64,000 nucleotides of DNA from Eledone cirrhosa (Eukaryota), in contig OZ024741.1 in NCBI GenBank assembly GCA_964016885.1, forward strand, positions 320,726,001 to 320,790,000, read 5' to 3'. Shown here piece after piece: positions 12,826 to 27,719 of the stretch (its first letter is position 1; every line of letters begins with the position of its first letter). Under the pieces are notes generated by a model, which saw only the letters and a program-made list of their open reading frames with translations, was not told the origin of the DNA and ran no database searches. Both the position numbers and the translations under genes were made by a program.

Positions 12826-12875
12826 AGTTTTAGAAGATCCCGTTAAGGGTGAAAGCAGCGATTTTTGCTTAAACT
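12826..12875 (+). ncRNA. Hammerhead-like motif with variant core (TAGAAGA)
   Basis: agttt TAGAAGA tccc gttaa gggt GAAA gca..tgc TT aaact; all three stems pair; sister copy at 17844. Confidence 0.55.
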
Positions 12876-12955
12876 TTAATTTGTTATTTTAATAAATATA
12901 GTAATAATAATAAATGTGAAGACTAAAGTCCGAAGAGGGCTCGATAAGGATTATA

Positions 12956-13095
<140 letters not shown>

Positions 13096-15023
13096 CACAC
13101 AACACACACATATATATATATATATATATAAACCCGTAGAGCAAATATCTATTATAAGAAATATAAATATATATATATTAATTAAAAAGTTATTTACCGC
13201 TAATACTTAGACACCTCAATGAATGGATAATATATACAGATAGAATATCACTCAGACAACCAATTTTACATATTAAACTTATGCCAAAATTCTGGGTAAT
13301 ATAATAAGTTAGTCTCACTTATATAAACGTCACACCCTACTATGGTTTCAAAAACAAGCGAAACAATGCCAGCCATTTCAAATAACTGGAATAACCAAAA
13401 TGGGAAGAACTTGTATCCTCGTCAGGGTAGAATTCTTTGGAACAAGAGGTAATATTGATCATCAAGTATACAGACCACTTCGTTGCCGAAGCCCATGGTA
13501 CCCAACACCTTGTATTGTTCAACGACTAAATGAACACATCTATCTATATATATATTAGGACAATGTGACAGGCTTATAATGACGTTAGACATGGCAGCTA
13601 AAAATAACGTCTAAATCAACTCTACAATGAAAGAATTCTTAATATCAATTAAAAACTTATTTATCTCGAATTAGAGACAATTAGTATGTCTAACTTAGAT
13701 AGAAATAACAGAGGTAAACTTTGTTTTATCATTATGTTTTTTTCTGGGGTCTTTTTCTGTTCAAGTTCTAGCTTTCTGATGAGGTCATAGCTGTTGAATG
13801 ACGGTTATCCCCGAAATATATATAGCGGTGAATAAACGAAGTTAATTTGAACCTGTTGACTTAAACCTCTTGTTTATATATATATTTCAAATGCTTATTA
13901 ATCACAGATCTGAGTAGGCGGTGAAGTAACTCTGTAAGTGTTTTCACCTCTTGCACCGTGACACCAGAGCTACTCGGAGACACCCACTGCGGTAGGTGAT
14001 GAAACCCCTTCACAGTCTGATACTGTGATTCTGTCCCCCTCAACGCGTCAAAACAGCATGGAATTTTGGCGGGTCGGGTGTTATTATTCCGAGGAAGATA
14101 TCTCCTCCTAAAGGTGTCAAGTGCAACATTCATCTTCTCTTTTAAAACCAGATGTGTTAACATGCTTTCTCAACTTCCTCATATATTCCCCTTTAAAGGT
14201 TTTCCTTTCCTTTGCTGCCTGCTCAAGGCCCCCGAGGAATGAGTTAGCCCAGGCTCCGAAAATCCTCTAACTCTCGTCTCTCTCTATATATATAATGTGC
14301 CTTTGTCTCCACCTTTTACTGGCCCTTTTTATTATGTATTGTGTGACTGACTTAAATGTCGTACATCTATTACTATGTAGATAAGTTACGTTTTATTTTC
14401 TTCGTTTTAATACTCCAGTGACAGTGTTTGACAATTTTCTCTGTGAACCTTGATGGACTAGCGGTGCCGGGGATAGGGGGTCCAAACTGCACTGGTCTAT
14501 TTCGACGGTTGATAACCATGAAAATGTTATTATTCTAATAAGCACCCTTTTTCTTTTGTTAAGATCACACCCGAGCTGATCGATGTTGAAATAATTGTAA
14601 TATGCAAATAAAGTTTCTACACAAGCTGCAATTCTGACTGTAATTATTTTCAGCTGAATGAAGGACCAGTTTAAAAGTGTCCCCTCCATTATACAATCGT
14701 TGCCATGAATGGGCCCCGAAACCAATGGTAGCACATTCATGTAAAGTGTATGAAACTTTGTTTATACTAAATAAGATTTCTTCCAACAGGTTGGGCACTG
14801 ATTTTCTTGACCTTTCATCAACAAATTTCTTCTAACGTATATATATATATATCCTGGATTTCACTAAATTCTGTTGGATGAATCTATATCCTGATTCTTT
14901 TTGAATTGAGTTTGAATTATTTTTCGCACATCTTACGTTAACTATTTTCCCATTTTGACGCTATAGTCTCTTATATATTATGAAATACTGTGCTTCTTGC
15001 TCATAATGGTTTCTATACTTTTC

Positions 15024-15072
<49 letters not shown>

Positions 15073-15249
15073 ATTCTTATATATATATATAAGAATTAAA
15101 TGTGTAAAGTAAAAAAATAAATTTAGAAATAAAGAGAAAACTTTAGAATTTAGGATAATTTATGAGGTATAAAATGAATTAAAGGTCATCAGAAATAAAT
15201 GAAGTAAATTCAAAGTTGTCTGCTAATAGCTAGCGATGCAGGCAGAGAT

Positions 15250-15282
15250 AGAGAGAGTGAGATAGAGAGAGTGTGAGGGAGA

Positions 15283-15360
<78 letters not shown>

Positions 15361-15463
15361 TATGCATACAGAAAAATATACTTCCACATCGATACGCAGG
15401 TATGTTTTATACTTATATACAGAGACACGAGGAAAAGAGATAGACAGACTGAAGCAAACAATG

Positions 15464-15524
<61 letters not shown>

Positions 15525-15537
15525 CAGTAGTAGTAGT
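15250..15537. repeat. (GA)n and (GTA)n microsatellites
   Basis: Direct observation. Confidence 0.95.
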
Positions 15538-15693
15538 CAACAATAATATTTTTAGTATTTTGAGGTGAATATAAATGGAGACAGACTAAAATTTGGTAAA
15601 TATTGATTTTTTATGTGACTGAAAAATGGCTGATAAAATGTTTTTTGACATCTGAGAAACGTACACAGACACACACACACACAGAGACACATT

Positions 15694-15770
<77 letters not shown>

Positions 15771-17509
15771 GAGTGTCTGTGTGTGCGTTGAGTGTATACA
15801 TGTATGTATATATATATACACACACATATATATAACACATATATATATACATGTATGTATGTATGTGTGTATGTATGTATATATGTATGTATATATGTAT
15901 GTATGCATGCATATATGTATATATGTATGAATGCATATATGTATGTACGTGTGTGTATGTATCTATGCATATACACGTGGTCATTGAATCAACACGTGTA
16001 ATAGTCGCTTGGTGTCGCCACATGTTCTAAATGATGCTTGATGATCAGCTTATCCGATTTGCTATATATCACCGACAAATCAATTAAACAGACGTCAGTA
16101 CCACCAGTCCAGTTTATCAGTCCACTTTTCCCAATAATGATATGGCTGAATCATTGTACGCTTGATTGGTTGTAAACGTCTTCATGTTTGAGATTTGTTT
16201 CATACGCTCAAAATCTTCCCAGTCAGCAATTTCGATGAACAATAAACGCCATAAATATTGAAAAGAAATGCTATTATTTCCTGTTAGGTTGAAATATGTC
16301 GTTCCAATTAGGAATCATTTTATTGTGATAGAACACTGAACTCCTGCTGAAAGCAATAATTGCTAATAGATTTACCACGGGCGAATGTCTGTTGAAGAGT
16401 TCATTTGGATTTTGACATTTAAGCTCGTATTTCATGGCTACATTCGTTCAACTAATGTTCTTGTACAAAATTATGGAGTTATAGGTGGCTACTAATATAT
16501 GTAACCATGTTAATGATGAATAAATTTAACGTCAAGGTAGAACATCTGTAAATACTTGCTATTGAATGTATATAATCGTTAGTGCTGGTTGAAATTATAA
16601 TGTATTTGATTACATGGAACGAGTATCACATAGAACATGACCTAACCTTATATATGATAGGGTGTATCAACCGAACGTTGATTCTTAATAAATGTTCTCA
16701 GGTAATGATCTATAGCAAGTTATATAGTACTGCCAGATATACCAGAGAATATTAGGAAAAGTACACATGCAAACATTTATAGCAGGGGAGATACACCACC
16801 TATATATAAGCGCTTCTCCGGTGAAAAGAGGTGTGATTTGAATTCAGAACTTTCAGAGTCGGAAAAGTAACCGCAAATCATTTAATTCGATTGATTTACA
16901 ATTTCATCAGTTAAGCGCCCCACCTTCACTAGCTGATGCTTTATTTGTGGACCCCAAAAGAGATGAAAGCTCACAAAACTGGAACAAATGCCAAAACATT
17001 TAATCCGACGCATTAACGACTCTGCTCATTTGCCCTCTAATATACATCTATATTTAAATATTAATAGATCCGTTAACGATGTTTTCTTTCGTCTTTAACT
17101 GGGCTTTTGTGTAACTTAAAGTAGGTTTTTCAATTGTGAATGAATTATTGATATAAAAGTAAACCAAAGACAAAGGTCTAAAGAAAATCAATAGAATAAC
17201 TACATGTGAGTTATATCTTTAGAAATAACATTTGTAGAAGTTTGTTTTCAGCTAATTCTCTTTAAATTCGTCAGAAAATATTTTAATTGATTTCTCACTA
17301 TATACACAATAATGGCATAACACAGAACAATAAAATGTATTTCAATATATTCCTACTTAATAGCAATATTTTCACCGAACATTTCATTAATATTTGACAA
17401 GTATCTTCAGAAAATATATAAGAAAATGGTGTCGTATATTTGCTAGAAAATATATTTTGTCGATTCCTCTCCAATATATATTAGTGCAAATCAATGGAAG
17501 CATCTATCA

Positions 17510-17660
17510 GTAGTTCAGAAGTTCACTTTACAATTATCTGGTTCCAGGTTCGATTTCATTGCGTGACACCTTGTTGAAATATCTTCTATCCTAGCCTCAG
17601 GTTGACCAATATCATACGACTGAAATTTGATAGAAGGAAACTATGCGGAAGTCAGTCGTT
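17510..17660 (+). mobile_element. Degenerate CORE-type SINE fragment
   Basis: B-box-like ggttcgatt followed by gacaccttg..aaatatcttcta..agcctcagg; diverged. Confidence 0.45.
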
Positions 17661-17724
17661 TATCAGGTATATTAGTTCACGCTGAATTTGATACATGTAT
17701 CTGTGTGCGTGCGTATGTGTGTAC

Positions 17725-17762
<38 letters not shown>

Positions 17763-17763
17763 T

Positions 17764-17828
<65 letters not shown>

Positions 17829-17843
17829 AAAATAACAGATTAA

Positions 17844-17894
17844 AGTTTAAGCAAAGAATCGGTGCTTTCACCCTTAACGGGATCTTCTGAAACT
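17844..17894 (-). ncRNA. Hammerhead-like motif with variant core (CAGAAGA)
   Basis: Minus strand: agttt CAGAAGA tccc gttaa gggt GAAA gca ccgattctt tgc TT aaact. Confidence 0.6.
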
Positions 17895-18031
17895 AACAAA
17901 GTCAATCTGTAAACGCAGAACTGGATATTTCAAAAAACGTTGCAACCGGAGGAAGACAGGAAGACGATACTTTGGTTCGTATTTTCCTTATCGAACCCTC
18001 TTTGGATTTTAGTCTTCAATTTTATTATTAT

Positions 18032-18113
<82 letters not shown>

Positions 18114-18294
18114 TAAAGGTTTATTAGTCTCTAATATCCAAACATCTCATCTGTCTTGTTTATACTTCCAGAAATAAATTTTTTTCTCATTTAATTTTAA
18201 TATATAATATATATTATATATATATATATAATATATAACGTATATATATATATATCACCTTGACCACCTTCACCGGTGATCAAGATGATATATA

Positions 18295-18533
18295 TATTTC
18301 CAATAAAAGATATAAGGAAGAAATCAATTAGATATATTTCCTGAGGAGTATAAGTAACAATTGTATATATTTATTTTATATTATTATGCCTTTGAACATG
18401 TGGTCCTAATGCGCCAAGGTTTTGGGTTTCTCGAAGTTTCTATATATATACACCTCATATATATATATATATATATACAACGAGTTTTCCATATATATAC
18501 ACCTCATATATATATATATATATATATATACAT

Positions 18534-18608
<75 letters not shown>

Positions 18609-18756
18609 AACGAGTAGGACCCCGACGGCTGAGCTCAAGCCCTTTCGACGGCTAATTCAGTCCAGAATTAGCCGTCCTATTACCCACTCTACTACCCTAA
18701 GTATTGAGTACTTTGGTGCGTTATGGTCCATCTGGTTCCCTACCACATTTCCTTCG

Positions 18757-18817
<61 letters not shown>

Positions 18818-18918
18818 TTTGCTCTACAGTTCTTATATATTTGATATGTATTTATCCTTATCGAGCCCTTTTTGGATTTTAGTCTTCGAATTTATTATTA
18901 TTACTATATATATATATA

Positions 18919-18981
<63 letters not shown>

Positions 18982-19183
18982 ATATATATATATATTTGTA
19001 TATATATATATATATGAGGTCGAAATATATAGAAACGTCGAGAAACCCGAAAACTTGGCGCATTAGGACCACATGTTCAAAGGCATAATAATATAAAATA
19101 AATAAATATATACAATTGTTACTTATACTCCTCAGGAAATATATCTAATTGATTTCTTCCTTATATCTTTTATTGGAAATATA
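18295..19183. repeat. Inverted pair of about 155 bp (18295-18447 / 19027-19183) enclosing TA-separated repeat modules
   Basis: Arms are near-perfect reverse complements. Confidence 0.85.
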
Positions 19184-21367
19184 GGAATATTTTCTGTGAA
19201 TATTTCAATACTTTGACAAGAATATGTTCAATTATGGTTTTCGTTGTTCTTCTTTTCCAATGTTTTACGTTGATCTTGCTCTGTTTGCAATTATACTGAG
19301 TAGGAGACAGACAGTTATTTTTCTCAAAACAACCGTAAGGTTTCGTCAATACAATAAATGCTAAAAGTAATGTATGTACATTGTATACTTCGATGAACGA
19401 GTTGTGAATGTCACCGACTTAGTGAATGTGTGTCTGTATGTATGTAATTGTATGTATGGGAGAGGAGTAAGAAGCATACATTTTGATTGTACTAACAATA
19501 TACAAACAAATCTACTGAGGAAACGTCATCGATTAATAAAGTCTGTCAATGTCATTGGAGTTTTTATAATCTTACTTTTTGCGATACAATTATCGATTAA
19601 TATATATACATGTGTACATGTGGCGATGCGTGTATAAGTACGTGTATATATATGAATGCTGGTGTATGAATTCGTAAATGTTTGTTTATGTTTATAAGGT
19701 ATGTAATACAAGTGAACCACTGACATGAATTTAGATATAATCAGATGAGAGTTGATTTACTAAATGTACGCAACAAAAACTTTCATTACATAAAAATGTC
19801 AGTCTTTGTTGTAGAAATAAAAGAAAAAAAATGGTATAAGAATAAAATAAATTAAATGCTTTAGAGAAAATCTGAACGTTATTTGCTGACAAATGTAAAA
19901 TTATGGATATGCTTCGATCTTATTGAACCTCATCAGCATAATGTAGTGTACTCAAGACTGCTTTGATCAATTTTTACTGGGGAAGATTTACAAGGATTTT
20001 TCTTCTGTATAATTTGCATAATTAAAGAAATATATTTAGTTTAGTTGAAATAGATCAGTTACATGGAATTAGATAAATAAGTTTTGGGATTGTATACAAA
20101 ATTATGAGGAATTGATTTTTAATTTTTTTTAAATTATATTCACTTTTCCTTAAGAGTTGCTAACAATTATTGCTTTGTGATTTTTGTCTTTTTACAACTA
20201 AAAAGGAACTTTATTAATTTGGATTTCTTTCAGAACATCATTTCACTTCTTGTGCCAAACTTTCTGTTGATTAACTCCATAATCGAACAACTCCATGGCA
20301 CTTCATGAAAAGGACTCCATGTCATTGATTACATGATCAATCTAGGGTGTTAAACAGGATTTACCAAAAGCGTTTCTCACAGGCACCAAACGAATATTAG
20401 AGTAGAAGACCTGCCGGACATAACGTCGTCATCAAGGTGCCTGCTGATATATCTGTTGTTGCTATATTATAAAAGAATCCAATGTGAGATCAGTCACGGT
20501 AAGATTTAAAATGAGGGAATGTAGAATAACAAAACTAAATTAAACTCAACGAATTGGTATAGTCGATAGAGTTTATGGTGAAACTTTTGATGTTATTTAT
20601 TCTGACTTTCTGTGTTTAGAATTCAGATTCCGCTGCGGTCATCTTTAATTTTCAACAGACTAGGGTGTCAGATGAAAACATCGTTATAATAGTTCTGATT
20701 CTCTGTTTTGAGTTCGAACTCATGTTTCCTATTTGTGTGATAGAATTAATCCCTCGCCCAAGGTAACACCTTAATCTGACCCTGGAATGCCTTTAACAAA
20801 ATCCATTCCGTTATAAGTCATCAGGTCAGGTACCTGGTTTGAAGATAACATCTTTACACCATTCTCGGAGGATCTGAAAAGGGTCAGGGTTAATGTCCTT
20901 CCCTCACTGACTGATCAATAAAAAAAAATAGATTTAAAGCAATCGCAGTCGAGTTGCCATTGCATTTTTGCTATTACACATTTAAAAAATAATAAATGAT
21001 AAACATAGACGAAAAATAATTATATAATATGAAGAATAAAATGGTCAACTATAGGCCAAAAAGATTTTAAAAAGTATGTAAAAAGTAAAAGAAAATACAA
21101 TATAATCACTAGAATTATGAAAGGAAAAATCTTGTTGTGGACAATTATAATAATATGTAACTACAACTTCCTTATATACTAGTGTTACCGGACAAACTGT
21201 CTCGCCAGTTATTCAATTAACTCTACCGGAAAGAAAAAAATGTTTCCTTTTCAAAATTGTTTATAACTCCCAACTATTTCTTCTTCTTCTACTACCACCA
21301 ATACTACTACTACTACTACTACTACTATTACTACTAATTCTACTACTACTAATTCTACTACAAATAA

Positions 21368-21751
21368 TAATTGTTTCTACTTTTGGCACAAGGCCAGCAA
21401 TTACCCAGTGCATTACTTGTACTTTATTTTATCGACACCATAACGATGAAAGGCAAAGTTAACCTCGACGGGATTTGAACTCAGAATGGCAAGGGCCGTA
21501 ACTCTATGCGTCAAAGCATACTACTAATAATAATAATGGTTTATTATATAGGCACAAGGCCAGCAATTCTGGGGAGGGGAAAGTCGATTAAATCGACTTC
21601 AGTGCGTTACTTGTACTTTATTTTATCGACCCGGTAAGGATGAAAGGCAAAGCTAACCTCGACGGAATTTAAACACACGACGTAAAGGGCCGTAACTCTA
21701 TGCCGCTAAGCATGTCCGACGCTCTACCGATTCTACTAATTCACCACCCTC
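21368..21751 (-). mobile_element. Two tandem tRNA-derived SINE copies (21368-21520 and 21550-21751)
   Basis: Reverse complement of the 1637-1824 family. Confidence 0.85.
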
Positions 21752-22079
21752 ATAATATTAATAGCAATTGAATGCCAAATTGGTAGGCCGATATTGTGTC
21801 GTTTTAACAAGGCTTGGAACGACTCATAACCAATAACCAAGAGTTCTTTGTGATAACTTCTTCAGCCCAATATATAAGAGCTTCTTTCTTAGGATCCTTG
21901 CAGTTCTCGCTCTTTCAGATCTTGATGTTCCTTGATCCTTTTGGACCTGAGTTCTATTCAATTCCAAACAGATTGTTTGCAACCATGTGGCTTTTCCGCG
22001 ATATAATTGTCAATTGTTTGAATAAGGTTGGTCGCATCACAGGATGGATTTCAGTGCTTGCTTCGACAGCCTGCTGAGA

Positions 22080-23215
22080 CTCTCGGCAACAAAGGTTGAC
22101 TGTTACGAAAGCATTTCCACCATTATTACTTATACAAAGAGGTAATACGATTCTGTACTTCTCGGAAAACTTCTTCCAGATGATTTTCATTAATAACTTC
22201 AATCGCATCAGTTATATTAGCTTTCAGGTCCTCTAAAGATCGAGGTTTGGTTGAATAAGCATTATTTATCACATGTCCCCATAAAATGAAATCCAGTGGA
22301 GTCAGATCTGGCGATCATGGAGGCCAAGATAATGGTCCACCTCTTCCAATCCATCTGATAGGGAATTTTTCATCTAGAAACTGCCTAACTTGTAGAGCAA
22401 AGTGACAAGGTGCACCATCTTGTTGAGACATTATATTCTCTATAAGCTCTACCCGGTAAAGCTTAGGAATAAAGTAATTTTGCAGCATTTTTGAATAGCT
22501 ACGACCATTAACAACATGCCCTTCAAAGAAATGGTCCTATGATTCGATTTTTCCCAAAGCACACCAGACATTAACTTTAAGAGAATCTATTTCATGTTCA
22601 ACAGATTCACGTGGATTTTCAGTTCCCTAAATACGGCAATTATGCCTGTTGACTTAGTCACTACTGTGAAATGTGGCTTCATTGGAAAACATTAAATTAT
22701 TCAAAAATGAATATTCGATTTTAATTTTTTCGTTGAACTGATAACAGAAAGTTAGTCGTGCATGATACTCCTCTTCTAAAAACATTTGATGTTTTTTTTT
22801 TATTTTGTACGTTTTCATGTGAACTTTTGTCCGCAAAATCCTGTGCACAGTAGATTGCGAAGGCCTCATCTCTAAAGATGCCCGTCTTAATGTGCTTCTT
22901 AGACTTTCCACAAATGTCTTTTCTACAGATGATACAGTTTCTTCACTAATACATGGTCTACCAGACAGTGGGTTATCATTGACAGAACCTGTTTCTTCAA
23001 TTTTCTTCATTCACTTGTATATGGAATCACTGAGTGGTGCTTGTTTAATGTATCAAGTTCCAAACATTCTTTTGACAGTGACGGTATAATTTATCTCACC
23101 CAACCAAAGAACGCAAAACAAATAGATATATCAGGCTTGTCATCCTTTTTACAGATTGCTTCTATCAAGTATAGTTAAAAGTATTGTAAACTGCAGACGG
23201 ACTTTATGGACACCC

Positions 23216-23219
<4 letters not shown>
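22080..23219 (-). mobile_element. Decayed Tc1/mariner-superfamily DNA transposon, maT (DD37D)-like
   Basis: ETGSV..SGRP helix-turn-helix region, FS(N)EATFH, QQDGAPCH and SPDLTPLDF-like motifs over several frames; TIR-like CAGGGTGTCCATAAAGTC on the minus strand at about 23200-23217 next to TA. Confidence 0.8.
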
Positions 23220-23274
<55 letters not shown>

Positions 23275-23509
23275 AGAACGGAGTTAATTAATTCATGTTA
23301 ATTCCCTATAGTTTAATGAGCTCAAGGGATAGATTCCGGGCTCTTTATAAATCAACATATAGAGATAAATACACATATCTCTGTGTACTTCTCTCTATAT
23401 GTTGATATATATATATGTGTGCATGTGTGTGTCTGAGTGTGTCTGTGTGTGTCTGAGTGTGTCTGTGTGTGTGTATGTGTGTGCGTTTATTTATCTATAC
23501 GAGTGTATA

Positions 23510-23880
23510 TGTAGTTATTACATGCTATATTTCTGGAATATTTTAGATATTTCTACAGTTCCATTAATGAATTGTTTTAATTACCCACCTGTTTTCTGGT
23601 TCTGTGAAGCTTTTCAAGATTTGTACTGAGGCAGTTAGTGACAAATTCAACTTCCCCATTGTTCACAGGTACAAAACTAAAGGTACAATCAAGTTGGAAT
23701 ATCTGCAGGTTCCTCATTAGTTCGGCATAATTATTCTCTTTTTTACTAATCTTTAAAATTGTATTAATGACTGCTAAGCAGCCGATTTCCACTACTCTGC
23801 ATGTCTTCCTTTTTCCTGTTGCATATCACTATGTCTGGTGTGTTATATTTACATTTTAATAAGGTTTTGATTCTAGCATT
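23510..23880 (-). mobile_element. 3' fragment of the R4/Dong-like non-LTR element
   Basis: KISKKENNYAELMRNLQI matches KISEKENIYAELLKNLQI at 40147..40368. Confidence 0.75.
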
Positions 23881-23899
23881 TCACAGTAATCTATGTATG

Positions 23900-24912
23900 T
23901 GCACAAAATCGTTTATTAAGGACTGTTTACTTTATGACTTCAAATCTTGCCTAAGCGCAGGTGCATAGATTCGTCGTATTTGGATCATACATCATGTCCG
24001 AATGCAGTGCCAGGGACTTGTTCGCACGTTGGTTCGCACGCTTCCGGTCCGGTAACTACAATCTGGATAGATCGTAGTTACCGGGCGTGTATATGACTGC
24101 AATGACGAGTAACTGCGTGAGCTGGTGGAAATCGACCCACGCCAGACATCACGCCAACATTCCAAAGTACTTGGGGCATCGAAAACAATCATTCCCAATC
24201 ACGTACATGCAATATGGAAGGTGTCCAAGCTAGACATATGGGTGCTCCACAATATGACTAACCGTAATCCTGAACGTCTGGCGGCCACTGTGAATTCTAT
24301 GCTCTCCTACAAACGCACAAACAACTAGTTACCTTTCATGGTCACTGGTGATGAAAACTTGTGTGTCTACATTAATGTCATGCGCAATGGATCGTGGATT
24401 GATAATGAGAGTGCGAGTCAACCGGAAGCAAAGACTAGCCTCCATCTTCACAAGGCTCTACTGAGCGTCTGGTAAGTTGTCACTCACTACGAGCTCCTCC
24501 CACCAAACAACATAATCTCTGGCATCTATTGCCAGCAACTAGCGGCAAACACCGCAAGGGTGTGCCCACGCCATGTTCCTGTTCGATTCTTCATCTAGGA
24601 TGAGAAGCTGCTGGAGCTAGGTTGTGAGGTTCTACCCCACCAACCGACTATTATATTTCCTCTCAATTAGCAATGCAATGCAGTCAAAGACCTTTGTCAA
24701 TGAAGACCAGACAAATCAGTGACTGACGAAATAACTTGCATCGAAGCCAGAATAATTCTACAGAGATGAAATCATGTGCCTTCCTAAACGATGGCAGACG
24801 GTAATCACAAATGATGGCCATTATTTTGACTTGTAAAATGTTCCTAATGTTAAGAAATGCCAAAATCAATTAAAATTTGGAAAACGTCGAGGGCCTTCTG
24901 CCCTACTTGATA
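23900..24912 (+). mobile_element. Decayed mariner (DD34D)-type transposon
   Basis: VEIDPRQTSRQ, KLDIWVLH, VTGDEN(K)-like and HYELLP motifs with stops and frameshifts. Confidence 0.7.
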
Positions 24913-24970
24913 CATATAATCGATAATTCATTTAGGTGTCCATGTCAAGAAATTGATTTAAATTATCTAC

Positions 24971-25113
<143 letters not shown>

Positions 25114-25144
25114 AAGTGCGTATATAATGTGTATGTAGCATGTG

Positions 25145-25311
25145 TTTCGGGTTATAGCTACTGTCGCTCAGAGAGTGAGATTGGCTCAGTGCACAGTCTT
25201 TCCTCACTTATAAAAAAATCGTCATGCACAGGCATTGCACGATAACTATTAATTGATAACCATTAATAATATCGTGCAATGGTCATACTCGATAACGAGG
25301 GGGCAGCCATC
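25145..25311 (+). mobile_element. RTE-derived non-autonomous element, subfamily B, 3' part
   Basis: Matches 58453-58622; ends gcagccatca followed by a TA tail. Confidence 0.65.
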
Positions 25312-25340
25312 ATATGTGTATGTATATATGTATGGCATAT

Positions 25341-25781
25341 AAGAGCAAAGGAGCTCTTAAGAGTCAATGGCCATCCAAAATCGTCGGGAGAGATGACCCC
25401 TTAGCCTTTGTCAAGGCAGAATTCTAGGAGAAGGAAAACTCTGATATAAAACCTGCAACCCTGATGGTATCCCTGATGGTATCTCTTTGGTAAATATCAT
25501 CTTGGTTAAGAGAGTGGGACTGGCTTTGTGCAGTGCCTTTGCTCACTATAAAAGCTTCACAGCACAGGCATTGCTTTATATCTGGAGATCTCTCTGCACT
25601 TGCCGTCACATGGTACCATGGGCCAGCACTATGTGTCAATAATTGTCACAAGTGTAGTGTTTGTACCAGAGTTTTCAAGTCGCTGGCTGGACTAAAAAGT
25701 CACACTCGTTCAGCGCATTGGTAGGGGTTCTCCTACATGGATATAAAGTAGTGGCCGTACTCGAAAACGAGTTGGCAGCCA

Positions 25782-25784
<3 letters not shown>
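25341..25784 (+). mobile_element. RTE-derived non-autonomous element, subfamily A, 5'-truncated
   Basis: Matches 62380-62833; C2H2 zinc-finger relic CSVCTRVFKSLAGLKSHTRSAH near the 3' end; TA tail. Confidence 0.7.
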
Positions 25785-25855
<71 letters not shown>

Positions 25856-26614
25856 AAATCTGAGTACCTAGGAAGGTATACGCCAGTTTGCCGTGTATTG
25901 TATATAATATAGTATATCGCACCGGAATGCACTGGAAAATGTTTGTTCAAAAAGAAAATGGAGGAACATGCTGATGGAAACACACCGGAGAATAATTTCC
26001 TCTTGAGTAAAGATTTTTCAGTGCGTTCCCATCAGCACAGGTTAAACAAGTTGGCCCTCCGGTCCAACGCAACGTACGTCACTGGAATGGCGTCGTTGTA
26101 GTAACTGGCATTAATATTTATATTAAGGCTCTTTCTACAGACTTGGGATGCTCTATACATTGGATATCTTTACCATAATACATATATATATATATGTGTG
26201 TGTGCGTGTGTCTGTATGTGTGTCTGTGCACGTGCATGTGTGTGTGGGTTTCTCCCTTGAATCGTTTGTGCCAGCATAAATACAACTGACCTGGTTGATA
26301 CAGTAAAATCTTTCACCTCACTCCAATACCTTTTTCTGCTTTCACTTGTATTCTCGCACCTATAGGAATAAGCTAACACATATTATGTTTTCTATTTTAC
26401 TTTTTATCTTTTCGTTGAAAATTATATTTTTGTTGCTGTTGCTTTTGCAGTCACTGCAACCGCGAACAGTATATTCACCATTAGTTCCTCTTGCTCCATA
26501 AGGACCATTGGGGGTCTTTCGTCGTTTCTGAGTGAATTAAGATTAATAGAGGTAATGCACCTAGCCCCAGCCTCCCACGTCTCAATTTAAACATTAATAA
26601 AATAAAGCAACTTA

Positions 26615-26651
<37 letters not shown>

Positions 26652-26655
<4 letters not shown>

Positions 26656-26854
26656 AAGAGTGAAGAATAACATGTTATTCTTCACTCTTTCACTGCTATT
26701 ACTCCAAGAATGACCTGCATGGGAATTCTCGCAAACTCGCTACCTAACTAACGATACCACTTGTTGAGTCAAACAACGCCGTATGTTAAAACTATCCATA
26801 GTACAGAGTAATCACAACCTCTAACTAGATTACCTAAAACGGTAACTTGTTGTC

Positions 26855-26860
<6 letters not shown>
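26652..26860 (-). mobile_element. pLTR-like fragment with a perfect terminal hairpin (family of 33115-33442)
   Basis: gtgaaagagtgaagaataacatgttattcttcactctttcac is a palindrome; the remainder is the reverse complement of 33115-33280. Confidence 0.65.
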
Positions 26861-26900
<40 letters not shown>

Positions 26901-27384
26901 AATTAGTATATCTACCAACATATATATACAGAAGTATACCTATGCAAGCAAATATATAGGTTTTGTCTTAGTAACTTTGTGTTTCAATGCATGAGGATGC
27001 AGAACAATTATATGAAAGACGTAAAATAAGAAAATTATAAAAATTAACTTACTTACAAAATTTCACTCCGACTAATTAGTTTCTGAAAGGGAATAAACAT
27101 GGTTTCCAAAGAGAAAACATGGAGAAGCCATTTCGTCATCACGAAGTCGTTCTCAGCTAAGATCCCTGGCGATACGTGGACACAGGGAACTTATACAAAA
27201 ATAATTCAGTGGATGGAAAAAAGCAAGCGTGGACTAAATTCCAAGACATTGAAAAAATCACTGCCTACTTGGTCGGTGGCAAATTCAAAAGAATCAATCA
27301 CGTGACATCGAGGTTAATCAGTGAGGAGTGGGGTTTTAAATAGACAGTAGCCAAGCTGTTACTATGAACTATAGCAGTAATTGT

Positions 27385-27566
27385 CATCACATGGTACCAT
27401 CGGCCCAGCACTATGTGTCAGTAATTGTCACAAGTGTAGTGTTTGTAGCAGAGTTTTCAAGTCGCTGGCTGGACTAAAAAGTCACACTCGTTCAGCGCAT
27501 CGGTAGGGGTTCTCCTACATGGATATAAAGTAGTGGCCATACTCGAAAACGAGTTGGCAGCCACCA
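27385..27566 (+). mobile_element. RTE-derived non-autonomous element, subfamily A, 3' fragment
   Basis: Matches 25605-25784. Confidence 0.7.
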
Positions 27567-27719
27567 TGTATATATGTATGTATGTATATATGTATGTACG
27601 TACGCATTTCAGTATATGTATATATATATATATATATCTCAAGATAAGCAGAACAAGTAAAATTCAACCAATTTTTTTAAATACATTAAAAAATATAATA
27701 TAAATATTTACCTCTTCTA

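Noticed and set aside
14393-14830. Minus-strand ORFs of 115 and 77 aa, with a CPTC motif upstream
   Set aside because: No recognisable protein; at best a decayed LINE C-terminal relic
18335-18370. CTGAGGA..caattg TA hammerhead-like motif in the inverted pair
   Set aside because: GAAA is missing and the stems are poor in both copies; possibly a relic but not supportable
20225-20503. Possible exon bounded by ttctttcag and gtaag
   Set aside because: No long open frame in the ORF track and no other evidence
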